64,000 nucleotides of DNA, taken from positions 55,824-119,823 of the forward strand of contig CAXXMH010000001.1 in the NCBI GenBank assembly GCA_963664665.2, read 5' to 3'. Under the pieces are notes generated by a model that made no database searches, was not told where the DNA came from, and saw nothing but the letters and a program-made list of their open reading frames with translations. Position numbers and translations under genes: made by a program. Source of the stretch: Pseudomonadales bacterium (GTDB taxonomy: Bacteria > Pseudomonadota > Gammaproteobacteria > Pseudomonadales > Azotimanducaceae). Positions 1-9,842 of the stretch are shown here, one piece after another. Numbering within the stretch: the stretch's first letter is position 1; each line of letters starts with the position of its first letter.

Positions 1-1
1 T

Positions 2-1264
2 GAAATTCCGTTAGGCATCGGCATTGTGAGTGAGGAAGGCACGGATCTGTTAGGTGCGATTGGTCCAAGCGACGATGACGCGGGCATTCAGATCGATACA
101 GAGCTCGAGTACAGCAATCCTCAGTTTGATGGCACGCTGGTATTTCTGTTGAATCAATCGACAGCGGAAATCCAATTCAAAAATGTGCCAGAGAGCGCGG
201 CGGTCAGTCTCTTAAGGGATTTCTCTGCACCGGTTGAAGTTCGCTACGAGAACGGTGGTGCGGATGTTGAACGGCTTAAACAGTTAGCGGTACTAGACGT
301 AAATCGATTCAGTCGTTATGACGCGACTGAACAGCTATTTAGCGGTGCGATCATGGACCAAGGTTCATCTTACGACGCGCTCGTCCACGCGGTTGAGACG
401 CGCTTGGATTCGCTTCTGAATGGCTCCGAAGATGCTGAAAGTCGTCGAATCATCGCCACCGAGCTCTCAGGTCCGAGTGAGAACCGCGTTCTCGATCTAA
501 ACAAGGGTACGCCAGTAGAAACAATCCTTTTCGGTAAAACTCGCGTTCTGACGGACTTGGGACACGAGTTTGCTGAGAAATGGCGGGATATCGCTGATGG
601 TAATCGCGTAGTTGATGACTACGAGCCAAGTTCTGGTCAGATAGCCGCACGACAACTAAGTGCTGTGGCGTACCGTTACCTACTTGCTCAGACCGATGAC
701 GAGGATTTACCGGCGTTCGCTGATGAATTGGCGTCTCTCGTTCGCGGCGCTAACAATCTAACGGACCGTCTCGCTTATTTCAAGCTCCTACTTCGCGTTG
801 AAGGTCATGACGAGTTGAAGGAGACGGTTTCGAATGAGATATATGAGGGAAATAAGGACGAGTCGCTCGTAGTGGAGAAGTGGATTGCAGCGCTTGTCGC
901 CGCGCCTACGTTAAACGCACAGGAACGAATCACGACGATCGAAGAGATGGGCTTGCTCGACAACCCCACGCCAAATCGGTGGCGTGCCGTATTCCACACC
1001 TTCTCCGAGAATTGGGATAACTTTCACGTTGGCGACGGCAGTGGATACCGTTTCTATACGGATCGACTGATCAGCGACGCCGCTGAACACGGATCCGTAG
1101 TTCGACGCGGGATTCAGCAATTCGCGTACTTGAACCGACACGATGAGACACGGAAAGAGCAAATGCGCGGATGCCTGCTTCGTCTTCGAGATGAACTACC
1201 GCAGAACAGCATCGCGGCACTCGATATGGTCAATCGTTCTCTACAAGATTCAGCTGCGTCTTAA
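2..1264 (+). CDS. pepN: Aminopeptidase N, C-terminal part (gene begins upstream of the window)
   Basis: The frame is open from base 2 with no in-frame stop before the listed GTG at 26, so the ORF is cut by the window edge. The translation ([46 protein letters not shown]) follows the C-terminal domain of E. coli-type PepN. Confidence 0.75.
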   Translation, partial: EIPLGIGIVSEEGTDLLGAIGPSDDDAGIQIDTELEYSNPQFDGTLVFLLNQSTAEIQFKNVPESAAVSLLRDFSAPVEVRYENGGADVERLKQLAVLDVNRFSRYDATEQLFSGAIMDQGSSYDALVHAVETRLDSLLNGSEDAESRRIIATELSGPSENRVLDLNKGTPVETILFGKTRVLTDLGHEFAEKWRDIADGNRVVDDYEPSSGQIAARQLSAVAYRYLLAQTDDEDLPAFADELASLVRGANNLTDRLAYFKLLLRVEGHDELKETVSNEIYEGNKDESLVVEKWIAALVAAPTLNAQERITTIEEMGLLDNPTPNRWRAVFHTFSENWDNFHVGDGSGYRFYTDRLISDAAEHGSVVRRGIQQFAYLNRHDETRKEQMRGCLLRLRDELPQNSIAALDMVNRSLQDSAAS

Positions 1265-1302
1265 CGATATCTGAATATAGAAAGCCGAGCTTTAGAACCG
1301 AT

Positions 1303-2904
1303 ATGTCAGAAACGGACCCTCTCGAACATGAGATTGCTTCGCGTCGAACGTTTGCCATCATCTCTCACCCGGATGCGGGTAAGACGACGGTGACGGAAAA
1401 GCTGCTGTTGTTGGGTAACGCGATACAGCTCGCCGGCGATGTTCGAGCAAAGAAGACAGGTCGACAGGCGCGCTCAGATTGGATGGCGATGGAAGCAGAG
1501 CGTGGCATCTCCGTGACGACTTCGGTCATGCAGTTTGAGTATCAGGATCGAGTTATCAACCTGCTGGACACGCCTGGTCACGAGGATTTTTCCGAAGATA
1601 CCTATCGAACGCTAACTGCTGTCGACTCTGCAATCATGGTGATCGATGCTGCAAAAGGCGTCGAAGACCGTACCAGGAAGTTGCTTGAGATTTGCAGGTC
1701 GCGAGACATGCCGATTCTCGCGTTCATTAACAAACTGGATCGCGAAGCGCTTTCGCCGATCGAGCTAATCGATCACATCGAAGATGAACTGGATATCGAA
1801 TGCGCGCCCATGACTTGGCCTGTTGGTTCTGGACGATCGTTCCGAGGTTGCTATCACCTGACCGAAGACACGTTCACCGAGTACGAACAAGGATTTGGCT
1901 CGTCCTTGCACCAATACCCGCGACATGGTTCATTAGATTCAGACGAGGTTCGTGAGTGGTTGGGGTCCGATTACGACGAGTTCGCAGAGGAACTCGAGTT
2001 AGTACGAGGTGCCAGTCATGAATTTGACGCCGACGCGTACTTGTCGGGAGCACGCGCTCCCGTTTATTTCGGTTCTGCGCTACAGAACTTCGGGATCGAT
2101 CACTTGCTTGATCAATTTATCGCGATCGCGCCTGCACCAAGGCGACGCCTAACGCTGAGTGAGGCGGTTGATCCTTCGAATCCGGATTTCTCTGGCTTCG
2201 TCTTCAAGATTCAAGCGAATATGAATCCGAAGCATCGTGATCGCATCGCGTTTCTCAGAGTGTGCTCTGGTCAATATCGAAAAGGCATGCGCATGCGCCA
2301 CGTGCGACTCGGTAGAGATGTCAAGATAGCGAATGCATTGACATTTATGGCAGGAGAGCGCAAACAGACTGAAGAAGCATTCCCAGGGGACATCATCGGG
2401 CTGCATAACCACGGCACCATTCGAATTGGTGATTCGTTTACAGAAGGTGAACCGATCGCTTTTCGAGGCATTCCGAATTTCGCGCCAGAGTTGTTTCGTC
2501 GAGTAAGGGTCAAGGACCCAACCAAAGCAAAACGTCTAGCTCAAGGCGTCCGACAGCTTTCAGAGGAAGGCGCTACTCAGGTATTCGTGCCACTAAATCG
2601 AAATGAGATCATCATCGGAGCGATTGGGACGTTGCAATTCGACGTTGTTGCCTTCCGCCTAGAGCAGGAATACGGGGCGGAATGTGTTTACGAAAACAGC
2701 GATATCTATACGGTGCGGTGGGTCTACGCAGACGACGAGAGTCGACTCGACGCTTTCCGCTCAAGAGCGAATGCGCAGTTGGCGTTAGACGGTGATGATC
2801 AGCTGGTCTTACTCGCGACATCGCGAGCCAACCTTCAGCTCACTCAGGAACGCTGGGAAGATATCACGTTTAGAGATACGCGCGAGCATGCACTCGCGGA
2901 ATAA
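1303..2904 (+). CDS. prfC: Peptide chain release factor 3 (GTPase)
   Basis: 533 aa. It has the translational GTPase motifs [20 protein letters not shown] and NKLD, and a full-length RF3-like layout. Confidence 0.95.
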   Translation: MSETDPLEHEIASRRTFAIISHPDAGKTTVTEKLLLLGNAIQLAGDVRAKKTGRQARSDWMAMEAERGISVTTSVMQFEYQDRVINLLDTPGHEDFSEDTYRTLTAVDSAIMVIDAAKGVEDRTRKLLEICRSRDMPILAFINKLDREALSPIELIDHIEDELDIECAPMTWPVGSGRSFRGCYHLTEDTFTEYEQGFGSSLHQYPRHGSLDSDEVREWLGSDYDEFAEELELVRGASHEFDADAYLSGARAPVYFGSALQNFGIDHLLDQFIAIAPAPRRRLTLSEAVDPSNPDFSGFVFKIQANMNPKHRDRIAFLRVCSGQYRKGMRMRHVRLGRDVKIANALTFMAGERKQTEEAFPGDIIGLHNHGTIRIGDSFTEGEPIAFRGIPNFAPELFRRVRVKDPTKAKRLAQGVRQLSEEGATQVFVPLNRNEIIIGAIGTLQFDVVAFRLEQEYGAECVYENSDIYTVRWVYADDESRLDAFRSRANAQLALDGDDQLVLLATSRANLQLTQERWEDITFRDTREHALAE

Positions 2905-3028
2905 ACTCCTTGAAGTGGAATATCGCGACCGCGACAACGAGTTCAAATAGGTATATCTACGAGGTGCGTAGAGTCTCTAGTGTTTTGCGTGTATTTTGGT
3001 ACGAATCTCTCGATTAGGATCGGGTACC

Positions 3029-3088
3029 CGCCTAATTCGGAATGGCGGTGCGACTGATTCGGAATGAGCCCCCGACTAATTCGGAATT
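3029..3088. repeat. Three direct repeats with an exact 22-bp period; core ATTCGGAAT (interrupted palindrome ATTC-N-GAAT)
   Basis: The repeats are CGCCTAATTCGGAATG at 3029, CGACTGATTCGGAATG at 3051 and CGACTAATTCGGAATT at 3073. They lie in the 259-bp spacer between the convergent 3' ends of prfC and selB. Confidence 0.8.
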
Positions 3089-3163
3089 TGAATGGATAGA
3101 AGGCGTCTCGGTTGATCTTCGAGGAGGGAAGAACATTACGTAACCGTTTTCTCTTCTTTCGAG

Positions 3164-5050
3164 CTATTCGCTGTTCGATTCATTGACTTTAAGTAGAACG
3201 CGAACTTCGCTTTGCCGCTGAGTTACGCGCTGTCGGTCGAAATATTCGAGCACATCTATAACGGTGTTCCGACCTAGACCACTTGCATCGCGAAACTCGC
3301 GAACGGTGAATGGTTTGTTGGTTGCAAGTTCCGAAGCGATGTTCTGCAATTCTCCTATGCGTTCTGGCGTGAGATACCGGTTGTTGTTGACTCGAACGAG
3401 TGCTCCGGCTGCGACCATTGGTCGCATTGCTTTTTCAATTTCGTTAAAGGGTTTGCGCAGTCTTTTTGCGACGTCACCGAGCGAGACCGGTTGTTCCGCA
3501 TCGAACATAGGCCTTACCGTGTCGAAGAGCGCCGTGTCATACGAGGGTCCTTCCGCTTCATGTGTGACCAGCGCGTATTGCCCAGCAATGTGACGTAATG
3601 TTTGGCGCTTTAGCAATTGATCGAGAGTGAACTGAACGGCGTTCGAATAAGTTGGCGTCTCGCGTTCAAGTTGCGAGACGGTCATTCCTTCTTGTGTGGG
3701 ATGTGCATCGTGGAATGCGCTAAGCGTGTTGGTGATGCTTTGAACTATCTCGTCAAAAGCACCGATGCCGATTGCCGATCCATCCGCGTGTACAACGCGG
3801 TCGCTCTCCAGAAACTCTCTTATGTCTTCTTGTGTACACAGCGTGAAGCGCGTGAACTCGTCGACCGAGACTAAACCGCGAGACGTGTAGTTCTTTAAAG
3901 CTTTCGTGCGTCCGTTTGCGTCGATCGAGCTTCTAAGCGAATCCAGGAACGACAGATTCGTCTTTGATCGGCGCCTGTTGTGCGTCTCTTGAGAGTACGC
4001 CAAGATGGTCGCACCACCGAGCGTGCAGGATAGATCACGATCACGTAGGATCAATCGATCTCCAGCCTTGAAATGCATAGCATCGTCGCAATGCAGTTCA
4101 GCAAGCGTCCTAGCACCTGGCTCGGCGACACTTCCTTCAAGCAGCGCCAGACGCGCTTCGGTGTGATCGGTCAAGTGGTATATGTGCACGGAAGACCAGT
4201 GTTTGAGGTTCCGCGGAAAGTCGTCAAGCATCGAAAGATCAATGGACACCTGGTTGATCGGAAGGACGTGTTCCAAGGAGAGCAACCAATCGCCGCGCTG
4301 AGCTTCGTTTGCGTCTGAACCGGCAATATTCAGGCTACAGCGATCACCCACACATGCAGTCTTCGCATCGAGTCCTTGTACGTTTAGGTTCCGAATGCGG
4401 ACTCGATCTCCGATCGCCGTGAGATGGACTTCATCGCCTACGCGCACTTCGCCTGACGTGACGGTACCTGTGACGACTGTCCCGACGCCGCGTAGATTGA
4501 ACGAACGATCGATGGCTAGACGGAAAGGTCGAGCGCTCTCCGTCGAGTCAAACGTTTGTGCGATTTCGACGAGGTGAGTTCGCAACGCTTCGATGCCGTC
4601 ATTAGTCGGTGCGACGACTTCAAACACCTTCGCGTCGCGAAGAAAGCAATCGCTCTTGAATTGGTTAATTGCGACGCGGCATTCACGCAAGCGGTCCGCA
4701 GATACCAAGTCAACCTTGTTGAGCACGATGGTCCCCGACTGAACTCCGATAAGCTCAAGGATTTGAGCATGCTCGATGGTTTGCGGCATGATGCTGTCAT
4801 CTGCGGCGATGACAAGCAAGGCATGTTGTTGATTTGCGACACCGGCAATCATGTTGTGTATGAAGCGATGGTGCCCGGGCACGTCGACAAATCCAATGCG
4901 CTGTGAATCTATCGTCGTGTACGCAAAACCTAAATCAATCGTCAAACCACGTGCTTGTTCTTCCTTTAATCGATCGGTGTTGACGCCCGTGAGAGCTTGA
5001 ACGATCGCGGTTTTGCCATGATCGACATGACCCGCAAGCGTGATGATCAC
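3164..5050 (-). CDS. selB: Selenocysteine-specific translation elongation factor
   Basis: 628 aa. It has an EF-Tu-like G domain (GHVDHGKT, DVPGH, NKVD) followed by a long C-terminal extension typical of SelB. The GTG start overlaps the selA stop (GTGA at 5047-5050). Confidence 0.9.
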   Translation of the reverse strand: MIITLAGHVDHGKTAIVQALTGVNTDRLKEEQARGLTIDLGFAYTTIDSQRIGFVDVPGHHRFIHNMIAGVANQQHALLVIAADDSIMPQTIEHAQILELIGVQSGTIVLNKVDLVSADRLRECRVAINQFKSDCFLRDAKVFEVVAPTNDGIEALRTHLVEIAQTFDSTESARPFRLAIDRSFNLRGVGTVVTGTVTSGEVRVGDEVHLTAIGDRVRIRNLNVQGLDAKTACVGDRCSLNIAGSDANEAQRGDWLLSLEHVLPINQVSIDLSMLDDFPRNLKHWSSVHIYHLTDHTEARLALLEGSVAEPGARTLAELHCDDAMHFKAGDRLILRDRDLSCTLGGATILAYSQETHNRRRSKTNLSFLDSLRSSIDANGRTKALKNYTSRGLVSVDEFTRFTLCTQEDIREFLESDRVVHADGSAIGIGAFDEIVQSITNTLSAFHDAHPTQEGMTVSQLERETPTYSNAVQFTLDQLLKRQTLRHIAGQYALVTHEAEGPSYDTALFDTVRPMFDAEQPVSLGDVAKRLRKPFNEIEKAMRPMVAAGALVRVNNNRYLTPERIGELQNIASELATNKPFTVREFRDASGLGRNTVIDVLEYFDRQRVTQRQSEVRVLLKVNESNSE

Positions 5051-6438
5051 GTTAACGAGTCAAGATTGGCGATGAAATCCTCGAGTGGTTCTGCACCTCG
5101 CGTATCAAGATAGATAGCGCCTTTAAACAAGCGGCCGATGACCGGTGTTGGCGAATGTCGAAGACTCGCGAAGAGATCTTGTGTCGCTGAATTCGAAGGA
5201 CCTCTGAGGACGACGGCGATTGACGGTACGGTGTCGCCTGGCATGGCACCGCTACCGACTTCCGCTTCGCTCATTTCGATGTCGACCGAGAAGTCTTCTG
5301 GTAGGAGTTCGGCGAGGCGTGAGTGAATCAGCTTGGCGCGTGATTGGAGTTCGTTATTCGATATGCTGAGGGTGCGTAACGTTGGCACGTTGTTGCGGAC
5401 GTGTTCAGCGTCCTCATACGCTTTGAGTGTCTCATCGAGCAAAGCGAGTGTCAACTTCGAGGTCCGAAGTGCACGTTTCATCGGATTTGCATTGATCTTA
5501 TCAATCAGTTCGCGTGAGCCAACTAGCAAACCAGCTTGTGGACCACCTAGCAGCTTGTCACCGGAGAACGTCACCAAGTCTGCGCCGTCTTTTAACGCAT
5601 CGTTTGGCATTGGTTCGCGCGGCAACCCAAACTGGCTGGTATCGACTAATGCGCCGCTCCCAAGATCGACCACACACGGAATGTGATGTTCCGTCGCGAG
5701 CTCACTCAATGACTTTGTGCTCACTTCTTTGGTAAAGCCCTGAATGCGGTAGTTACTTGGGTGCACTTTGAGCAATAACGCGGGTTGGCTCGCGATTGCA
5801 CGTTCATAGTCACTGAGATGCGTACGGTTCGTGGTTCCGACTTCCACTAATTGGCATCCCGCGGCCTCCATGATTTCGGGCAAACGAAAACTGCCGCCGA
5901 TTTCTATGAGCTCGCCACGAGAGACGATGACGTTACGGTCTCGCGCCAGCGTATGCAACAGGATTAGGACCGCCGCAGCGTTGTTATTTACGATGGCGGC
6001 CGCTTCTGCGTTCACGAGTCGACATAGTCGCTCGCATACTGCTTCCTCGCGTTGGCCGCGACTTCCGGTACCCAAATCGAATTCAATCGATGCAGGCTGC
6101 GTGACAAGAGGCTTTACCCGTTCTAACATCGCTTCATCGATGCGTGCGCGGCCTAAATTCGTGTGAAGAATCGTGCCAGTCACGTTGAAAACGCGTTGAT
6201 AGCCACGTAGACGCTCAGTGGACAACCAGCGTTCGATTTCTTTTCGATAGAACGACTCTACCTCATCGTTGTCAACAGTCACTTCACCGGTGCGAAGGCG
6301 TGCCTGAATCGCGCGAATTGCTGCGCGGACAGATTCGCGACCCCAGGCTGCGACCACTTCCTCCAGAATAGGTGCACCAAGCAACCGATCGATTGAAGGA
6401 ATGGCTTGACGATTCTGGTTATCGTCGTCGCTGCTCAT
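5047..6438 (-). CDS. selA: L-seryl-tRNA(Sec) selenium transferase
   Basis: 463 aa. It carries the SelA-type PLP-lysine motif FSGDKLLGGPQAG and lies immediately upstream of selB, translationally coupled to it. Confidence 0.9.
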   Translation of the reverse strand: MSSDDDNQNRQAIPSIDRLLGAPILEEVVAAWGRESVRAAIRAIQARLRTGEVTVDNDEVESFYRKEIERWLSTERLRGYQRVFNVTGTILHTNLGRARIDEAMLERVKPLVTQPASIEFDLGTGSRGQREEAVCERLCRLVNAEAAAIVNNNAAAVLILLHTLARDRNVIVSRGELIEIGGSFRLPEIMEAAGCQLVEVGTTNRTHLSDYERAIASQPALLLKVHPSNYRIQGFTKEVSTKSLSELATEHHIPCVVDLGSGALVDTSQFGLPREPMPNDALKDGADLVTFSGDKLLGGPQAGLLVGSRELIDKINANPMKRALRTSKLTLALLDETLKAYEDAEHVRNNVPTLRTLSISNNELQSRAKLIHSRLAELLPEDFSVDIEMSEAEVGSGAMPGDTVPSIAVVLRGPSNSATQDLFASLRHSPTPVIGRLFKGAIYLDTRGAEPLEDFIANLDSLT

Positions 6439-6553
6439 GAATAGTTCGTTTTCCGCATCTGCACTATGTTAAATCGTCATCCTTGCCAACCGCAGACTGA
6501 CATACAAAGTGCTGGACATAGGTTGGCCAAATCGCATGTAAAAGGAGAGTCTA

Positions 6554-7438
6554 GTGGGACACCGTGTCGCATTCGTGGGATTAGGCGTAATGGGCTACCC
6601 GATGGCTGGTCATCTGGCAAGCGCGGGTCATGAAGTCACGGTTTACAACCGTAGTCCGGCGCGAGCTGACGCATGGCTGGCAGAGCACGCAGGTACGGCA
6701 AAAGCCACGCCAGCCGAAGCGGCTGACGGTGCGGAGTTTGTTTTCATGTGTGTCGGGAACGATGACGATGTACGAAGTGTCACGTATGGCGAGTCGGGCG
6801 TGCTCGCTACGATCCAAAAAGACGCGGTATTCGTCGACCACACGACAGATTCACCCGATCTTGCTAGGGAGCTTTCTCAAGCAAGTGACGATGCGGGTGC
6901 GCATTTCTTGGACGCACCACTCAGTGGTGGGCAGGCTGGTGCAGACAATGGAGCACTGACCATCATGGTTGGCGGAGACAAGGCGGTGTTCGCCCGAACC
7001 GAGCCGGTGATCGACTGTTACACCAAGACGGTCAAGCTAATGGGTAGTGCCGGCTCCGGTCAACTGACGAAGATGGTAAATCAGATCTGCATCGCGGGCG
7101 TCGTTCAGGGATTAGCCGAGGGTTTTCATCTCGCCGAGAAATCTGGTCTCGATATCAATGAGGTTGTTGAGATCATCAAGAATGGCGCGGCTGGATCGTG
7201 GCAGATGGAGAACCGTGCGGAAACGATGGCTGCGCGTAAATTCGACTATGGATTCGCGGTCAATTGGATGCGAAAGGACCTTGCGATCGCTCTCGATGTA
7301 GCACGACAAGTCGATGCACGGTTGCCAATGACCGCCTTGGTCGATCAGTTCTATGCGGAGGTCCAAGCGTTAGGTGGCAGTCGATGGGACACATCGAGCC
7401 TTATCGAACGGTTGCGTCAAGTCGACGAGAAAAAATAA
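6554..7438 (+). CDS. NAD(P)-dependent oxidoreductase, 3-hydroxyisobutyrate/6-phosphogluconate dehydrogenase-like family
   Basis: 294 aa. It has an N-terminal Rossmann motif (VAFVGLGVMGYPMAGHL) and the usual HIBADH-family length. The GTG start is preceded by AAAGGAGAG. Confidence 0.85.
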   Translation: MGHRVAFVGLGVMGYPMAGHLASAGHEVTVYNRSPARADAWLAEHAGTAKATPAEAADGAEFVFMCVGNDDDVRSVTYGESGVLATIQKDAVFVDHTTDSPDLARELSQASDDAGAHFLDAPLSGGQAGADNGALTIMVGGDKAVFARTEPVIDCYTKTVKLMGSAGSGQLTKMVNQICIAGVVQGLAEGFHLAEKSGLDINEVVEIIKNGAAGSWQMENRAETMAARKFDYGFAVNWMRKDLAIALDVARQVDARLPMTALVDQFYAEVQALGGSRWDTSSLIERLRQVDEKK

Positions 7439-7500
7439 ATCGAAAACACGCGAAGGCGAGCCATGGCAGTGTTTGCTGGTAATGAACCTGGGTAGATCGC

Positions 7501-8628
7501 CTAGCCAGCTTCATCAAGCAGTGACTGGAATTTTTGATTTCGGTCGTGCATATCGCTAGGTGAATAGTCCTTGCCCAAGACCTGTTGCATTGGCGGGAAC
7601 CAGAAGAAGAGGAACTTGAGAAATCGGTCGCGTTCAAGTCGCGACCAGTTGAGGGATGTGAATCCGCTCATCGCGTTGCACAAGGCGTTCAAATCGGGAG
7701 CTCGCGTCGTCATCTCGCCAAATGAGTAGAGCGCTTTGCCGATCGTAATCACAGGTTTTTCGAATAGAAAAGCTTCAAGTCCAACCGAAGAATTGATCGT
7801 GATCACACCTCGCGAATTGGCAACAAGATCGTACACGTCATGCTGATGGTCTAGGACAAGCCTTGGATTTTGATAGGACTCAATTTTCTGTGCGAATGAG
7901 ATGGGGCTGCTTGGGTGTTCCTTGATGCGAAGGTGAAGATCCGCGGGTAATTGCCGCGACGCTTCGTTCAAACTATCCAGTAGATGCGGGATTCCGGTGA
8001 TCCAACCACCGAATACGGTCACTTGAGTGTCCCTCGGAACCTGAAGCGGACAGAATACGTAGGACTCTGATCTCAGTTCCGTATTTCCGCTATGAACGTC
8101 TGAATTCGTTGATTCATCCTGAACACGATGCGAGTCAACGTAATCGGCTCCTCGGTACTCGGCAAACTCGTCCTCTGCAAGCCCGCGATAGAACTGAATT
8201 TCGGTTGGGATACTAGACTGGAAATTCACGCCGCTTGGGTCAATTTGCACTCGATCTTGGAGGGGTGCTCGTTCGAAGTACAACTGGGGTAACTCCAGTT
8301 CTCTGCATGCTGCGCTTACCAGATAGTTCACACCGTTCAGACCGTTATAGATGAGAACTTGCTCTGGTCGGGACGTCTCCAGTTGTTGATAAATCCAGTT
8401 GTACTGTAAGCGTAAAAAATGTAACTTCAGTCGTTCACCGACTGCGCCTTCGGGGACGCGTCGCGCTGATTTCAGCGCCGTTTCCGCATGTTGTTCAACG
8501 TTTGGACAGGACCTTCTTGACAGGAGCACGAGATCAACGGTCTTGGCATCAAGGGTAGAGGTCCATGCACCTACGAGTTGCCGTTGGAATTTAGTGTTGA
8601 AGCCAAAACATAGCGCTTGCGTGGTCAT
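7501..8628 (-). CDS. Capsule polysaccharide biosynthesis family protein (KpsS/KpsC-like fold)
   Basis: 375 aa. Segments FCPLQVPRDTQV and GVITINSSVGLEAFLFEKPVITIG resemble the Capsule_synth (KpsS/KpsC/LipB) family. No other capsule genes are adjacent. Confidence 0.55.
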   Translation of the reverse strand: MTTQALCFGFNTKFQRQLVGAWTSTLDAKTVDLVLLSRRSCPNVEQHAETALKSARRVPEGAVGERLKLHFLRLQYNWIYQQLETSRPEQVLIYNGLNGVNYLVSAACRELELPQLYFERAPLQDRVQIDPSGVNFQSSIPTEIQFYRGLAEDEFAEYRGADYVDSHRVQDESTNSDVHSGNTELRSESYVFCPLQVPRDTQVTVFGGWITGIPHLLDSLNEASRQLPADLHLRIKEHPSSPISFAQKIESYQNPRLVLDHQHDVYDLVANSRGVITINSSVGLEAFLFEKPVITIGKALYSFGEMTTRAPDLNALCNAMSGFTSLNWSRLERDRFLKFLFFWFPPMQQVLGKDYSPSDMHDRNQKFQSLLDEAG

Positions 8629-8706
8629 GCTCTCACACGCGGATCAGGTTAGCTCGCAGCCTGTTTGACTTGCCAACGAGTACACCGCGAGGCGATAGAA
8701 CTGAAG

Positions 8707-9126
8707 CTAATCAGGGCTCTTCTCGAATCTCGGTAGTTCACCAATCTCTTCTGACCATGGTTGACCGCTTGAAGTCCAGATATGGACGGAGGGTTTCAAC
8801 CAGGAAGGGTCGTCGAGGGTGCCCGCTTTGAGCACCATGAACTGTGGATTGGAGTGCATTTGCGTCATGATTGGTGTACCGCAATTCGTGCAGAACTTGC
8901 GAGTCAACTCATTGCCGCTGTCCGCAGTTACTTTGAAACCTCCGAGGTCACCAGTCATCTCGACGCCGTTGGTCGCTACCACGACGATCGTGGAAAAGCC
9001 GCCTCCCGCTGCGTATTGACAGTCACGGCAGTGGCAATGTGCCGTGAAAACGGGCGTGCTTGAGCACGCATATCGGATTTGTCCGCATCTGCAACCGCCT
9101 TCGAACGAAGTAACTTCATCTGTCAT
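8707..9126 (-). CDS. GFA family protein (glutathione-dependent formaldehyde-activating enzyme-like, Zn-Cys)
   Basis: 139 aa. It has the Cys-rich pattern CRCGQIRY...CHCRDCQ...CTNCGTP characteristic of the GFA/CENP-V fold. Confidence 0.85.
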   Translation of the reverse strand: MTDEVTSFEGGCRCGQIRYACSSTPVFTAHCHCRDCQYAAGGGFSTIVVVATNGVEMTGDLGGFKVTADSGNELTRKFCTNCGTPIMTQMHSNPQFMVLKAGTLDDPSWLKPSVHIWTSSGQPWSEEIGELPRFEKSPD

Positions 9127-9178
9127 GGATCATCTCCTTGTCGTATAGCAGATCAAATGAATTGTGAAAGTACTTAAT

Positions 9179-9430
9179 TCAACTCCACGAGACGGATTGG
9201 TCGTGAAGCGCAACAAGCTCGACGAGCTCCGCCATGCTGCAGGAGTTACTTTCGTCACCTATAGGCACCCCGCATCGCATCGCATCATCTGATTGAATAA
9301 ACACGCGACAGTTTGCGACGGGTTCTGAACAAATGACGCCATCTCCGATGAACACGACATCATCACCCGATTGAACGACAGCCTTGCACTTCGCAAGACC
9401 AGTGCGTGACTGAACTAAATGCAGCATCAA
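9179..9430 (-). CDS. tusB: Sulfurtransferase complex subunit TusB / DsrH family
   Basis: 83 aa. The N-terminus MLHLVQS...GDDVVFIGDGV parallels E. coli TusB (MLHTLHRSP...GDELLLLQDGV). It overlaps tusC by 4 nt. Confidence 0.75.
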   Translation of the reverse strand: MMLHLVQSRTGLAKCKAVVQSGDDVVFIGDGVICSEPVANCRVFIQSDDAMRCGVPIGDESNSCSMAELVELVALHDQSVSWS

Positions 9431-9801
9431 TCTGTGACGACCATGTCGAAGTCGCGCATACGAGAGCGGATGACGCTGAGATCCTTGATCTCCACGTGAT
9501 TCAGAAAGGAAGTTTCGTCGTTCTCTCGAGTCTCGTTGAATCGATCTAACAAACTCTGACGGTACAAGCTCTCGCGTTCAACCAGAAATTCCGTAATGTC
9601 GAACGTCGGAAGAGCAGAGAGGAACTTGGTCGTGTTCTTCCCGTTTTTCTCCGGCGTTTGATCAAACAGCTGCCACACACCGTCACCGATGAACGCGACT
9701 GCGACTGGCTGATCGAATACGGCGCTCACCGAGATTGCGTCAACGATTTCGTTAGCCCGCTGGCCCGCAGGGCCGCTGAGGCAATAGAAGACCGATTTCA
9801 T
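9427..9801 (-). CDS. tusC: Sulfurtransferase complex subunit TusC / DsrF family
   Basis: 124 aa. It has the DsrE/F-fold pattern (VAVAFIGDGVWQL), and its size and position before tusB match TusC. Confidence 0.8.
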   Translation of the reverse strand: MKSVFYCLSGPAGQRANEIVDAISVSAVFDQPVAVAFIGDGVWQLFDQTPEKNGKNTTKFLSALPTFDITEFLVERESLYRQSLLDRFNETRENDETSFLNHVEIKDLSVIRSRMRDFDMVVTD

Positions 9802-9842
9802 CGGTTAATCCTACCCGCTCTCATCGAGGGGTAGTCAGCTGC

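Noticed and set aside
2881-2899. A hairpin CGCGAG-CATGCA-CTCGCG at the end of prfC, considered as a terminator.
   Set aside because: It lies within the coding sequence (codons for REHALA) and is not followed by a T-run.
3029-3088. The short tandem repeats as a mini-CRISPR array.
   Set aside because: The units are only 16 nt with about 6-nt variable gaps. There are three copies, no spacers of CRISPR length, and no cas genes.
2905-3163. Possible selC (tRNA-Sec) downstream of selB. A TTCAAAT string (minus strand near 3085-3091) looked like a UCA anticodon loop, and GGAAGATC (minus strand near 3113-3120) resembles the start of the E. coli selC acceptor.
   Set aside because: I found no complementary 3' acceptor strand (GATCTTCC), no GGTTCGA-type T-loop, and no anticodon stem flanking the TTCAAAT. 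A 66-nt pseudo-fold ending in ACCA is too short and lacks a T arm.
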